DNA of 64,000 nucleotides. It comes from Promethearchaeati archaeon (GTDB lineage: Archaea; Asgardarchaeota; Heimdallarchaeia; Heimdallarchaeales; Heimdallarchaeaceae). How positions within the stretch are numbered: position 1 is the first letter of the stretch; every line of letters starts with the position of its first letter. The notes below the pieces were generated by a model. The model was not told the DNA's origin. It saw only the letters and a program-made list of their open reading frames with translations, and did no database searches. Shown here piece after piece: positions 39,336 through 47,935 of the stretch. The stretch is from the NCBI GenBank assembly GCA_013166775.1, contig JABLTJ010000002.1, forward strand, positions 96,001 through 160,000, given 5' to 3'. The position numbers and the translations under genes were made by a program.

Positions 39336-40145
39336 TTAGGACTGAACAAAGTTCCTTACTGTATTAATAAAACTATCAAACTGTTCTCTTTGAATATTAT
39401 ATCCTGTCTGCTCATAGAGAACCCATTCACCTTCCTGAAAACTATCTTTTAATGATTGAAAATACTTCTTAGGTATAACGCCATTCTCAGCTACCATTAA
39501 TAAAATTGGGACTTTTATATAAGGTAAAACTTCTCTGTATAATACACGATCTGTTCTTAATTGTCTCAGAGAAGGTTTTTGTTTTAATTGTGCAAATTGG
39601 TATTGAGCTCTAGCCCAACTTTTCTGATCTATAATGTTCCAATCAGTATTTTGCTTCGTACTCCTCTCTATAATTTCTTCCTCAGTTTTATTTCTCATTG
39701 AACTTAACCTCATACTAAAAGCGAAATAAATCATAATCTCTCTAAAGGTTAGAGATGGTTTGAAGTTAAAAGCGGGTTCTACTAAAACGATGCCTTTAAC
39801 AAGTGGTGAATATTCTTTTGCCAATAAACTAGTGATTCTTGCGCCCATCGAATGACCTAAAATCCAAGTTTTATCTAATTCAAGAGTTTTGATAAGTTCT
39901 GCAATTTCTTGCATCATTTCATAGCTATCTATTCCTTTTGAAGAAATAGAAGACAATCCATGATTCCGAAAATCGGGCATGATTACATCAAATTCTTTCT
40001 CAAACACTTGAGCTGCTCTGGTCCAACATAGACCATTGTCTGCATAGCCATGAAGTAGAATTAAAGGTGGTTTATCCCCTCCTGTTCTAGTATAATGTAA
40101 ATTCAAGCTATTGACATTAATGTAATCTGAAGTCCAGTTGTTCAT
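39336..40145 (-). CDS. Alpha/beta hydrolase
   Basis: LLHG, PDFRNHGLS, GHSMG; the expected catalytic His position reads Tyr (TGYNIQRE). Confidence 0.85.
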   Translation of the reverse strand: MNNWTSDYINVNSLNLHYTRTGGDKPPLILLHGYADNGLCWTRAAQVFEKEFDVIMPDFRNHGLSSISSKGIDSYEMMQEIAELIKTLELDKTWILGHSMGARITSLLAKEYSPLVKGIVLVEPAFNFKPSLTFREIMIYFAFSMRLSSMRNKTEEEIIERSTKQNTDWNIIDQKSWARAQYQFAQLKQKPSLRQLRTDRVLYREVLPYIKVPILLMVAENGVIPKKYFQSLKDSFQEGEWVLYEQTGYNIQREQFDSFINTVRNFVQS

Positions 40146-40266
40146 TTTAAATCCATTAGCTGTTTTTCGTAAATAAGGTATCTGAATTAAAAATGTATGT
40201 TTTCATTTGAGTAAATCTTTAATCACATAAGGTTATTCAAGTATTTATAGAATTTTTAAGAAAAAG

Positions 40267-40373
40267 TGGCAGTCCTAGGGAGATATTTTCAGGCTTTCCT
40301 CGCAAGAAACACCTTTTGAACTCCCGGTGCCAGATTCAAAGTCTGGAGTGTTTCCAGGCTACACTATAGGACT
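40267..40373 (-). tRNA. tRNA-Gln(UUG) with 31-nt T-loop intron (40284-40314), A1-U72, G73, encoded CCA
   Basis: AGTCCTA...CCAGA-CT-TTG-AA-TCTGG...GGGAG-TTCAAA[intron]T-CTCCC-TAGGACT-G-CCA. Confidence 0.88.
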
Positions 40374-40460
40374 GTAATGTAAGTCATTCTCTTCTAATAC
40401 GATTTTAAATTTTTCTCTTTAAACTAAAAAAAATTATGGTAAAAGAAGTAATTACTCTTT

Positions 40461-42392
40461 TCAATTACTCTTTTTTGCCCATGTATCTCTTAGTGTTATT
40501 ATTCTGTTAAAGACTAAGTTTTCTTTTGTGGAATCAACTATATCAATTACAAAGTAGCCATTTCTTTCGAATTGAAATCTTGATCCTTGTTCCTTATCCT
40601 TTAGGAATGGTTCCACATAGGAGTTCAGAATAGTTATAGCATTTGGATTAAGATAATCAGTAAACTCTTTACCTTCCTCAGTTTCCATTGGATTCTCTTT
40701 TGTATACATCCTATCATATAATCTTACTTCGGCTTCTAAGGCACTATCTGCTGATAACCAATGAATAGTTCCTTGCACCTTTCTTCCATCTGGGGATTCT
40801 CCTCCTTTACTTTCGGGATCATAGGTGCAATGGATTTCAATTATATCTCCTGTTTCTCTATCTTTAACTACATTTTCACACTTTACGAAATAAGCATATT
40901 TCAGTCTGATTTCTTTTCCTGGAGAAAGACGATAATAATCTTCGGGAGGATTTTCCATGAAATCTTCCTTTTCAATATAGAGGTTTTTTGTAAAGTTAAC
41001 TTTTCTAGTCCCCATTTCCTTATCAGAAGGGTGATTTGGTACAGTAAATTCCTCTATTTTATCATTAGGGAAATTTGTGATAACAAGTTTGATTGGATTA
41101 ATTACACTCATTACTCGTGGGCATCTTTTATCCAAATCATCTCGAATGTAGTGCTCAAAGATTGACATATCTATTAGTTTATCTCGCTTAGTGAAATTTA
41201 TTGCTAATGAGAAATTACGTATAGCTTCAGGAGTTATCCCTCGTCGTCTCATACCTGCGATTGTTAACATCAATGGATCATCCCATCCTTTAACATAACC
41301 CTCTTCAACGAGCATACGTAAACGTCTTTTACTTCCCACCATATATGTGAGATTCATTTTCGCAAACTCTATTTGTTGAGGATGGAAAATAGGATTACCA
41401 TCTTCATCGTCTAGTTGATCCAAATACCAATCATAGAGAAGTCTATGGACTTCAAATTCCAAAGTACATATTGAATGAGTTATTCCTTCTATTGAATCTT
41501 CCAAACCATGAGCCCAATCATACATTGGATAAATGCACCACTTATCACCAGTATTAGGATGATGAGCATGAAGTATTCTATACACTATAGGATCTCGCAT
41601 AAGCATGTTTGGATGAGCCATATCTATTTTTGCGCGGAGAACTTTTTCTCCATCTTTGAATTCACCATTTTTCATCCGCTCAAACAAGTCAAGATTCTCT
41701 TCAATTGATCTATTTCTGTAAGGGCTTTCTTGTCCAGGTTCTGTTATTGTTCCTCTCATTTCTCTGATTTCTTCTACACTAGAATCATCTACATACGCTA
41801 AACCTTTCTTAATCAGCTGAATAGCATAGTCATATAACTGATCGAAGTAATTGGATGCAAAAAGCAATCTGTCTTCAAAATCAACTCCTAACCAACGTAC
41901 ATCTGCAGTTATAGATTCAATGAACTCCTCTTCTTCAGTAATAGGGTTTGTGTCATCGAATCTCAGATTGAATTTCCCACCATATTCCACTGCGAAGTGA
42001 TAGTTCCTATTTATGGAATAAGCATGACCAATATGTAACCAACCATTTGGTTCAGGAGGAAAACGTGTATGAACTCGACCACCATATTTGCCTGTTTTCA
42101 TATCCTCATTGATTATTGTTCGTATGAAATCGACATCCTCTTCAGTATCTTCTTCTACTTCCTCCAATAATTCTGGATACTGCTGTTGTGCTAGTTGTTG
42201 TATCTCAGATGAGTTTAATGAATTGATGTAACTAACTTTCTTAGCTACAATTGCTTTAATGTTCTCTATATCCTTTCGCAGTTCAGGATTGGATTTAGCA
42301 ATTAATCCTATAACTGCTCCAACAACTGCTTCACCATGCTCTAAAGCATTTAGAACGGTGAACTTTTCGCACAACTTTTCTAGTGATGTCAT
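40461..42392 (-). CDS. glnS: Glutamine--tRNA ligase, bacterial-type core with archaeal GluRS-like N-terminal extension
   Basis: TRFPPEPNG.LHIGH, RFDDTNP, YPMYDWAHGLEDSIEGITHSICTLEF, GRKVQGTIHW, FQFERNGYF, FNRIITLRDTW. Confidence 0.92.
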   Translation of the reverse strand: MTSLEKLCEKFTVLNALEHGEAVVGAVIGLIAKSNPELRKDIENIKAIVAKKVSYINSLNSSEIQQLAQQQYPELLEEVEEDTEEDVDFIRTIINEDMKTGKYGGRVHTRFPPEPNGWLHIGHAYSINRNYHFAVEYGGKFNLRFDDTNPITEEEEFIESITADVRWLGVDFEDRLLFASNYFDQLYDYAIQLIKKGLAYVDDSSVEEIREMRGTITEPGQESPYRNRSIEENLDLFERMKNGEFKDGEKVLRAKIDMAHPNMLMRDPIVYRILHAHHPNTGDKWCIYPMYDWAHGLEDSIEGITHSICTLEFEVHRLLYDWYLDQLDDEDGNPIFHPQQIEFAKMNLTYMVGSKRRLRMLVEEGYVKGWDDPLMLTIAGMRRRGITPEAIRNFSLAINFTKRDKLIDMSIFEHYIRDDLDKRCPRVMSVINPIKLVITNFPNDKIEEFTVPNHPSDKEMGTRKVNFTKNLYIEKEDFMENPPEDYYRLSPGKEIRLKYAYFVKCENVVKDRETGDIIEIHCTYDPESKGGESPDGRKVQGTIHWLSADSALEAEVRLYDRMYTKENPMETEEGKEFTDYLNPNAITILNSYVEPFLKDKEQGSRFQFERNGYFVIDIVDSTKENLVFNRIITLRDTWAKKSN

Positions 42393-42466
42393 ACATAGAT
42401 TCTGAAGAAAGGGAAATAATAAATTTTTAGTCTAATGTGTTTTTGAAAAAAGAAAAAAAAGGATGA

Positions 42467-43627
42467 TTATTTCTTCTTTAAGGAAATAATAACCAAGCTA
42501 ATAAGAGATAGAAGTAAAACACCTAAAACTATTGAAGAAAATTCAGGAATAATTACTATGGAATTGAGAGGGTAAGGATCATTGTTATTAGCAGTTCCAT
42601 CAATATTATAGACTCCAGGACCTACATAGTCATCCCAATAGTTACCTTCATTTGTAGCAACATCGTACCATGTGGCATTTTGTGTGGTCAATACTGCATC
42701 ATCCTCTGCTTGTACACCTCCACCATTATTTCCTATAAAGTTATTATGATGAAGAGTACAAAAATCTACACCGGCTTCTAGATACACTCCATAAGAAGTA
42801 GTGTCTTTAATCAGGTTGAACACATAAAGTCCATTATGAGTAGATAGAATTTGGAAACCGTAGGCACCATTTTTTAGTACTGTATTATTTTCTGCAACTA
42901 GATCATTCCCATAATAATGTCCAAATCCTGCATAACTGTTGTCAGTACAATTATTGTAACGAAATGTATTAGAGTGGCTAAAATCATTTCTAATTCCCCA
43001 GGCATTTTTTTCACATTTATTATTCAAAAACAAACCATCGTTTGAGTTATTATCGATGAAAATTCCTTCATCACCATTATTCTTACAGATATTATTTTCT
43101 ACCCACAATACTGGACACTTATCCAATCTAATTCCTGTGTGGAAATTATTAATGCAATCACAATTTATTATTGTGGCTCCATTGCATCTAATAAGATAAA
43201 TACCCACACCATCCCCACCAAGAGTATTAACACAAGTGCAATTATCAATTGTAACTAAACTGGGATAAGCATCAATAATCTTTATACATACTTCTGCAGC
43301 AGTTATCCAACAATCACGGATAATAAACGAAACATTAAAACCTGTACTACCACCACTTGCATCGATTAGAATTCCTATAAGACTACTAGTAGTTATGTTA
43401 TAGTTTTCTATTATGTATGGATCACCAGGTATTCCGTTGCCAGGAAATGAACTGAATCCAGCATCAGTTGTTATTACAATTGGATCATGGTCAATTAAAT
43501 CATTCAATATAATAGGATCAGATATACTTTGATTCTTCGCGTCTGAAGAGTATGATGTAATGGTTAGTAACAGCAAAACCAAAACTACCCAAAATAACCA
43601 TTTAAGTTTGTTAATCTTTGTTTTCAT
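42467..43627 (-). CDS. Surface right-handed parallel beta-helix (NosD-like) protein with PEF-CTERM-like anchor
   Basis: Signal peptide, N.C.NN repeats, GNYWDDY, then IPEF + TM + KKK. Confidence 0.8.
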   Translation of the reverse strand: MKTKINKLKWLFWVVLVLLLLTITSYSSDAKNQSISDPIILNDLIDHDPIVITTDAGFSSFPGNGIPGDPYIIENYNITTSSLIGILIDASGGSTGFNVSFIIRDCWITAAEVCIKIIDAYPSLVTIDNCTCVNTLGGDGVGIYLIRCNGATIINCDCINNFHTGIRLDKCPVLWVENNICKNNGDEGIFIDNNSNDGLFLNNKCEKNAWGIRNDFSHSNTFRYNNCTDNSYAGFGHYYGNDLVAENNTVLKNGAYGFQILSTHNGLYVFNLIKDTTSYGVYLEAGVDFCTLHHNNFIGNNGGGVQAEDDAVLTTQNATWYDVATNEGNYWDDYVGPGVYNIDGTANNNDPYPLNSIVIIPEFSSIVLGVLLLSLISLVIISLKKK

Positions 43628-43762
43628 TTAATTTTCTCCATTAGGATGAATTCTAAAAGCAATTTAGGGATTTCATATTTATAGTTTCCTTGAAAACTTA
43701 CATACCGTAAATCTGCACAAAAGATTTATTTGTTAGAAGAACCTACATATAAGTTGATTAAA

Positions 43763-43939
43763 ATGCCAGAACTTCCAACAACAGTTTATTGCTTTGCTTG
43801 TGGAGAAAAATTCACTAAAAGTGATCCTGAAGGATTTGAACCATGTCCCAGCTGTGGAAAGGGTTTAACAGATTTATCTGAAGATGCTCAATATGCAGTA
43901 AAGATGGTTATGAAATCAATGATAGAACATTTTCGATAA
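43763..43939 (+). CDS. Small zinc-finger protein
   Basis: CFACG...CPSCG; ATG at 43763 preferred. Confidence 0.6.
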   Translation: MPELPTTVYCFACGEKFTKSDPEGFEPCPSCGKGLTDLSEDAQYAVKMVMKSMIEHFR

Positions 43940-43984
43940 GTATTCCAATACTTAATTTTTTTCTCTATTTCAATAATATAGTTA

Positions 43985-44998
43985 TCAAAGAATTAAATCC
44001 AGAAAGTTGAATCTGTTATTCATACCTATAAACACTATTAGAGCACTGAGAACCACAAAAGTTAATACTATTTGGATTATATATAACCTACTAATTTTCT
44101 TATATTGTCTAGTAGAAAATGTACCTCCTTTTACAAAAGATTGTGAGGTCCAGAAGATCATTGCACACGAAGCATAGATTGCTATTACATTCAACACTAG
44201 GAGAATCAAAGACCCAATCGCACCTTCTATTGTAGCCTTACTAGCTAATAAAACACCCACATTAGCTGCTGGTGGGCACAAAGATGCAGCAACAGCTACA
44301 CCCACAATTGCTGTACTTTCTCCGCGCATTATAAAAATTCCAGCTGCTAGTCCACTTGCTATTGCAAAGATTATATCACCATAATTTGGTACAGTTCTTA
44401 TTGTAACTTGATTACTGTTTAAGATTAAATCAGGATTGGAATAATTGTAAATCAAACCAACAATTAACCCAAAAAGAATTATGATGATTAATCCTGTTAC
44501 TTCAGCAAACATAGCTTTTCTAGAATAGATATTCTTTGGAGTCATTGTACCAATAACTGTCAGAGCTATTGGATTTAAGAGTGGAGCAATAATCATACTA
44601 GCGATCACAATAATTACGTTATCATAAATTAATCCAAAAGATGCTAATGCTCCTGCTAAGATAATTAGACCAATAAATGTAGGATTAATCATACCTAATC
44701 CTTTGATATTTGATATAATCTCATCAATACCTATTCCTCTACCTTTATGAGCAAATTCCTTAATTTTAGATCTAATTGCAAATGAAACTGGTGTTACAGT
44801 TATACTTCCAAAAACTGTTCCTACACCAACTCCTTTTAATTCCTCTAAAAGAGTTGAAGTATGATGATTTTCTATAACTGTTTCCAATGTAGCTGTATCT
44901 TCAAAAACTGAAAGGTTGAACGATATGTTTAATTTCTCTTCAAGTTCTCTAACAATTTCCAGCTTTTCAGATGGTATGATTATTTTTACCTCTTTCAT
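43985..44998 (-). CDS. TIGR00341/DUF389 family membrane protein
   Basis: VIIVIASMIIAPLL, IVGVAVAASLCPPA; start taken at ATG 44998. Confidence 0.85.
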   Translation of the reverse strand: MKEVKIIIPSEKLEIVRELEEKLNISFNLSVFEDTATLETVIENHHTSTLLEELKGVGVGTVFGSITVTPVSFAIRSKIKEFAHKGRGIGIDEIISNIKGLGMINPTFIGLIILAGALASFGLIYDNVIIVIASMIIAPLLNPIALTVIGTMTPKNIYSRKAMFAEVTGLIIIILFGLIVGLIYNYSNPDLILNSNQVTIRTVPNYGDIIFAIASGLAAGIFIMRGESTAIVGVAVAASLCPPAANVGVLLASKATIEGAIGSLILLVLNVIAIYASCAMIFWTSQSFVKGGTFSTRQYKKISRLYIIQIVLTFVVLSALIVFIGMNNRFNFLDLIL

Positions 44999-45208
44999 GG
45001 TAAAACCTCTATTGTCTGATATTGATATTATTAATGATGAACCTTTAAAAGTCTTGCACAAATAAACGGTGCGAAAAATAAACAAGAAGCCTTAAAATTT
45101 AGGAATTATGATGTTAGAGTGGGATATTAAAACATTTCTTTCAAACATGATTAATTCCATTACTGTGAAAAATATGAAACGAGAAATGAGATAAAATGTA
45201 GTCTTCAA

Positions 45209-45382
45209 TTATCTGCCATTATTGTATTTGTATAACTCATAATTGAGTTTCTTTGTATCATTATCCATATAACGAGGATACTTCTTCAGAATTTTATCTA
45301 ACTCTCTATTAAGACCTTTAAGTTGTTTATCCATCTTAAATAGAACATTGTTCATTTCTTCAACTAGACTCTTGGAATCCAT
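45209..45382 (-). CDS. Small hypothetical protein (57 aa)
   Basis: Below the track cut-off: MDSKSLVEEMNNVLFKMDKQLKGLNRELDK...; amphipathic, fills an intergenic gap. Confidence 0.4.
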   Translation of the reverse strand: MDSKSLVEEMNNVLFKMDKQLKGLNRELDKILKKYPRYMDNDTKKLNYELYKYNNGR

Positions 45383-45451
45383 ATTAAAAAGATGTAAACT
45401 GTTTTTTATAGAATTAGTATGATAAGGAAACTACCGTGGTAATACAAAATG

Positions 45452-45637
45452 CTAGATTTCTTCTGCTTCCCTTTGACCTGTAATTGTTGTTCTGATATCA
45501 GGAGATAAGCAGTTTGGACAGACAGTTTTAGTTATAAAAATTCCATCTACTTCTTCCTTTAGTACTTTCTTTTCTTCATTATTAAATCTTAAATCGCAGT
45601 TATTACAAATATAAGCATCTGGTCTTTGGACTGACAT
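45452..45637 (-). CDS. Small zinc-finger protein
   Basis: CNNC...CPNC; GGTGA SD-like element upstream. Confidence 0.65.
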   Translation of the reverse strand: MSVQRPDAYICNNCDLRFNNEEKKVLKEEVDGIFITKTVCPNCLSPDIRTTITGQREAEEI

Positions 45638-45787
45638 TACGTCACCTAAAAGACAGTTACAGTTCTGAAATATAACTTTTACTCTGCTTTTTCTTCTTTC
45701 TCAGATAGATTATTGCTTATCCAAGAGATAAAGTTAAGAACTCTCTTTGAAAAAAATAGGATAGGAGGAATATAGGAAAAAGTCTAA

Positions 45788-46924
45788 TTATATACAGCGG
45801 TGCACTGCCGATGAGCCTATTTCTTTATATTCTTTCCTCGTTACCCAAAGTTTGTTAAATGTTTTTAGTGAGCCAAGGATACTTCCTCCAATCCATACAG
45901 AATATCTTCTTTCAGGAGGAGCTATTATTCTTACTTCTGCTGTTTCAGGTACTAGTTCTGTCAATTCTCTATGCAATCTCTCCTTTAATCCAGGAAACAT
46001 TGTTGTTCCTCCAGATAAAACAATATTCGAAAATAGATCTCGACGAAGATCTACATCACAGTTTTGTACCATCTGGTAGATTAGTTCATCTAAAGGAGCT
46101 TCTTCTGAACCTACTACTCCTGGATTGAATAGTAATTCAGGTGCCATGAATCTTTCCGGTCCTATTGTAAGATTTTCTCCATCAGGTAAAACATATTGCT
46201 TCTCCATTCCAGAAACTTTCTCAGAGAGTTTGAGTTCCTTTTCCGGATCAAGTGCAACATAGCATAATCGTTCTTTCAAATCACGAACAATTTCCCTTTC
46301 AGCACTGCTAGTTAGAGAATATCCTCTTTGTTTAAGCAAAGTACGTAAATAGTTAGTTATATCTCTTCCACCAATATCTGTTCTATGTATTGCATGTGAG
46401 ATTGCAAAACCTTCATAGACAGGTACAACGTGAATTACACCGTCTCCTGCATCAACAACTATTCCTGTTGTTCTTCCAGATGCATACAGAGATAGTATTG
46501 CCTGCATCGAGATGTAGAGAGCTGGCACATTGAATGTTTCAAACATTAGTTCTGCCATTTTCTCTTTGTTTCGATTATTGTTCAAAGGTGGTTCAGTCAG
46601 CATAGTAGCATGCTCATTGGGATTTACTCTCAAATCATTGTAGAAGGTGTAATGCCAAATATTTTCCATAGCTTCCCAATCTTTCACTTGTCCATGTTCA
46701 ACAGGATAATTAAGCTTAAGAATCCCTCGAAGATTCATTGCTTCCTCTCCTATGTAGAATTCTCTTACCCAACCCTCTACATCAGGCATAACTACTGGAT
46801 GCTTAGGATATCCTATGATTGTTGGGAATACACTTCGCGGTTGATCTTCACCAGCGAAACCGTTTTTAGTGAAGCCTGTACCGTTATCAATGACCAGAGG
46901 CATGGTATGGAGTTCCTCAGACAA
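45788..46924 (-). CDS. Asgard actin (Lokiactin-type)
   Basis: VIDNGTG, GFAGED.PRSVFP, YPVEHG, LTEPPLN, FETFNVPA, LYASGRTTG, LPDG, IVLSGGTTMFPG, PPERRYSVWIGGSIL; TTG start with GGAGG SD. Confidence 0.97.
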   Translation of the reverse strand: MSEELHTMPLVIDNGTGFTKNGFAGEDQPRSVFPTIIGYPKHPVVMPDVEGWVREFYIGEEAMNLRGILKLNYPVEHGQVKDWEAMENIWHYTFYNDLRVNPNEHATMLTEPPLNNNRNKEKMAELMFETFNVPALYISMQAILSLYASGRTTGIVVDAGDGVIHVVPVYEGFAISHAIHRTDIGGRDITNYLRTLLKQRGYSLTSSAEREIVRDLKERLCYVALDPEKELKLSEKVSGMEKQYVLPDGENLTIGPERFMAPELLFNPGVVGSEEAPLDELIYQMVQNCDVDLRRDLFSNIVLSGGTTMFPGLKERLHRELTELVPETAEVRIIAPPERRYSVWIGGSILGSLKTFNKLWVTRKEYKEIGSSAVHRCI

Positions 46925-46950
46925 ACTAAATACCTCCTATGGTCATTAAT

Positions 46951-47856
46951 TTACTTATTTTTATCTTTGTTTTCATCCTTTTTTTCTTTCGCTTTCTTCT
47001 CATCTTTCTTCACTGCCGCTTGTTTCAATTCTTTTTCAAAAGCAACATACTCTTCATGTTGTTTTTCTGCTTTCATTTTTCCTTCAATTTCTTCAAGTCG
47101 TTTTTCAAGTCTATCAATATCAAGTTCTTGAGCTGACTCTCGTTCACGTCTAGATAATTCTGCTTCAACTGAGTATAGTAGAAACAGCTCTTGAAATACT
47201 TCTAAAAGTTGATCAGTTCTATAAGGATTCTTCAAGTTCTGCCAATGTTTCAGATTATCTTCAATCTTTTTCTCCATGGTTGACCGTTTAGGAGAAAGAT
47301 CTTCCACGGTTTGTTGCACTTTGGTTTTCTTAGTTTTTTGGATGTATTCTAGAGTTGTAACATTAGTCTTAGGAGTTGACTTATCTTTAGTTTTTGCAAG
47401 TTTTTCTGCTAAAAGTACATCGTATGATTTGTCTTCTGTAACAATATTTCTTGAATCAAATTCTCGATCAACCGAAGGCATAATAGCACTCTCTAGAGCT
47501 GCTAGTAGTGGACTATAGTAATTTCGCTGATATCGAGTCTGAATACTATCACGTATTCTTTTCAATTCTTGAATTTCTAAATCCATAAGTTCGGAGGGAG
47601 AATATCGTCTAGTACGATCCTTAATTTGTTCATGAATATCTGAAATTTCTTCAGGAATTTTTTTGTCTGTGTAAGTAGATTTCAATATTTTGCTTTCCAT
47701 TTTATCAATCCTACCTTGTAGTTCTGAAATTCGTTTAGCTCGCGATTCTAATTTGCTCTGTTCTTCTTTCTTACGCTCACGATAGGCCTTTTTTCGTTCA
47801 GCGTCAGTAGCATATTTTCTAGGTCTTCCAGGTCCTTTTTTTTCTTCGCCTTTCAT
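46951..47856 (-). CDS. AT-hook-like basic N-terminus plus coiled-coil protein
   Basis: KKGPGRPRKYATDAERKKAYRERKK followed by heptad-rich helices; ends 26 bp before the actin start. Confidence 0.75.
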   Translation of the reverse strand: MKGEEKKGPGRPRKYATDAERKKAYRERKKEEQSKLESRAKRISELQGRIDKMESKILKSTYTDKKIPEEISDIHEQIKDRTRRYSPSELMDLEIQELKRIRDSIQTRYQRNYYSPLLAALESAIMPSVDREFDSRNIVTEDKSYDVLLAEKLAKTKDKSTPKTNVTTLEYIQKTKKTKVQQTVEDLSPKRSTMEKKIEDNLKHWQNLKNPYRTDQLLEVFQELFLLYSVEAELSRRERESAQELDIDRLEKRLEEIEGKMKAEKQHEEYVAFEKELKQAAVKKDEKKAKEKKDENKDKNK

Positions 47857-47871
47857 TTTAAATCACTTTAT

Positions 47872-47935
47872 TTTCGTCTCGAGACAATAAACGATTCACT
47901 TAATCATATAAAAATATTTTTGTCCAGAGACGAAA
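47872..47935. promoter_or_regulatory. Imperfect 18-bp inverted repeat flanking a TATA-like box
   Basis: TTTCGTCTCGAGACAATA ... TTTTGTCCAGAGACGAAA (15 of 18 complementary) around minus-strand TTTTATAT. Confidence 0.55.

Noticed and set aside
38344-40373. Integrated element or prophage at the tRNA genes
   Set aside because: No integrase or duplicated att-like tRNA 3' fragment; all three tRNAs are full-length with different bodies
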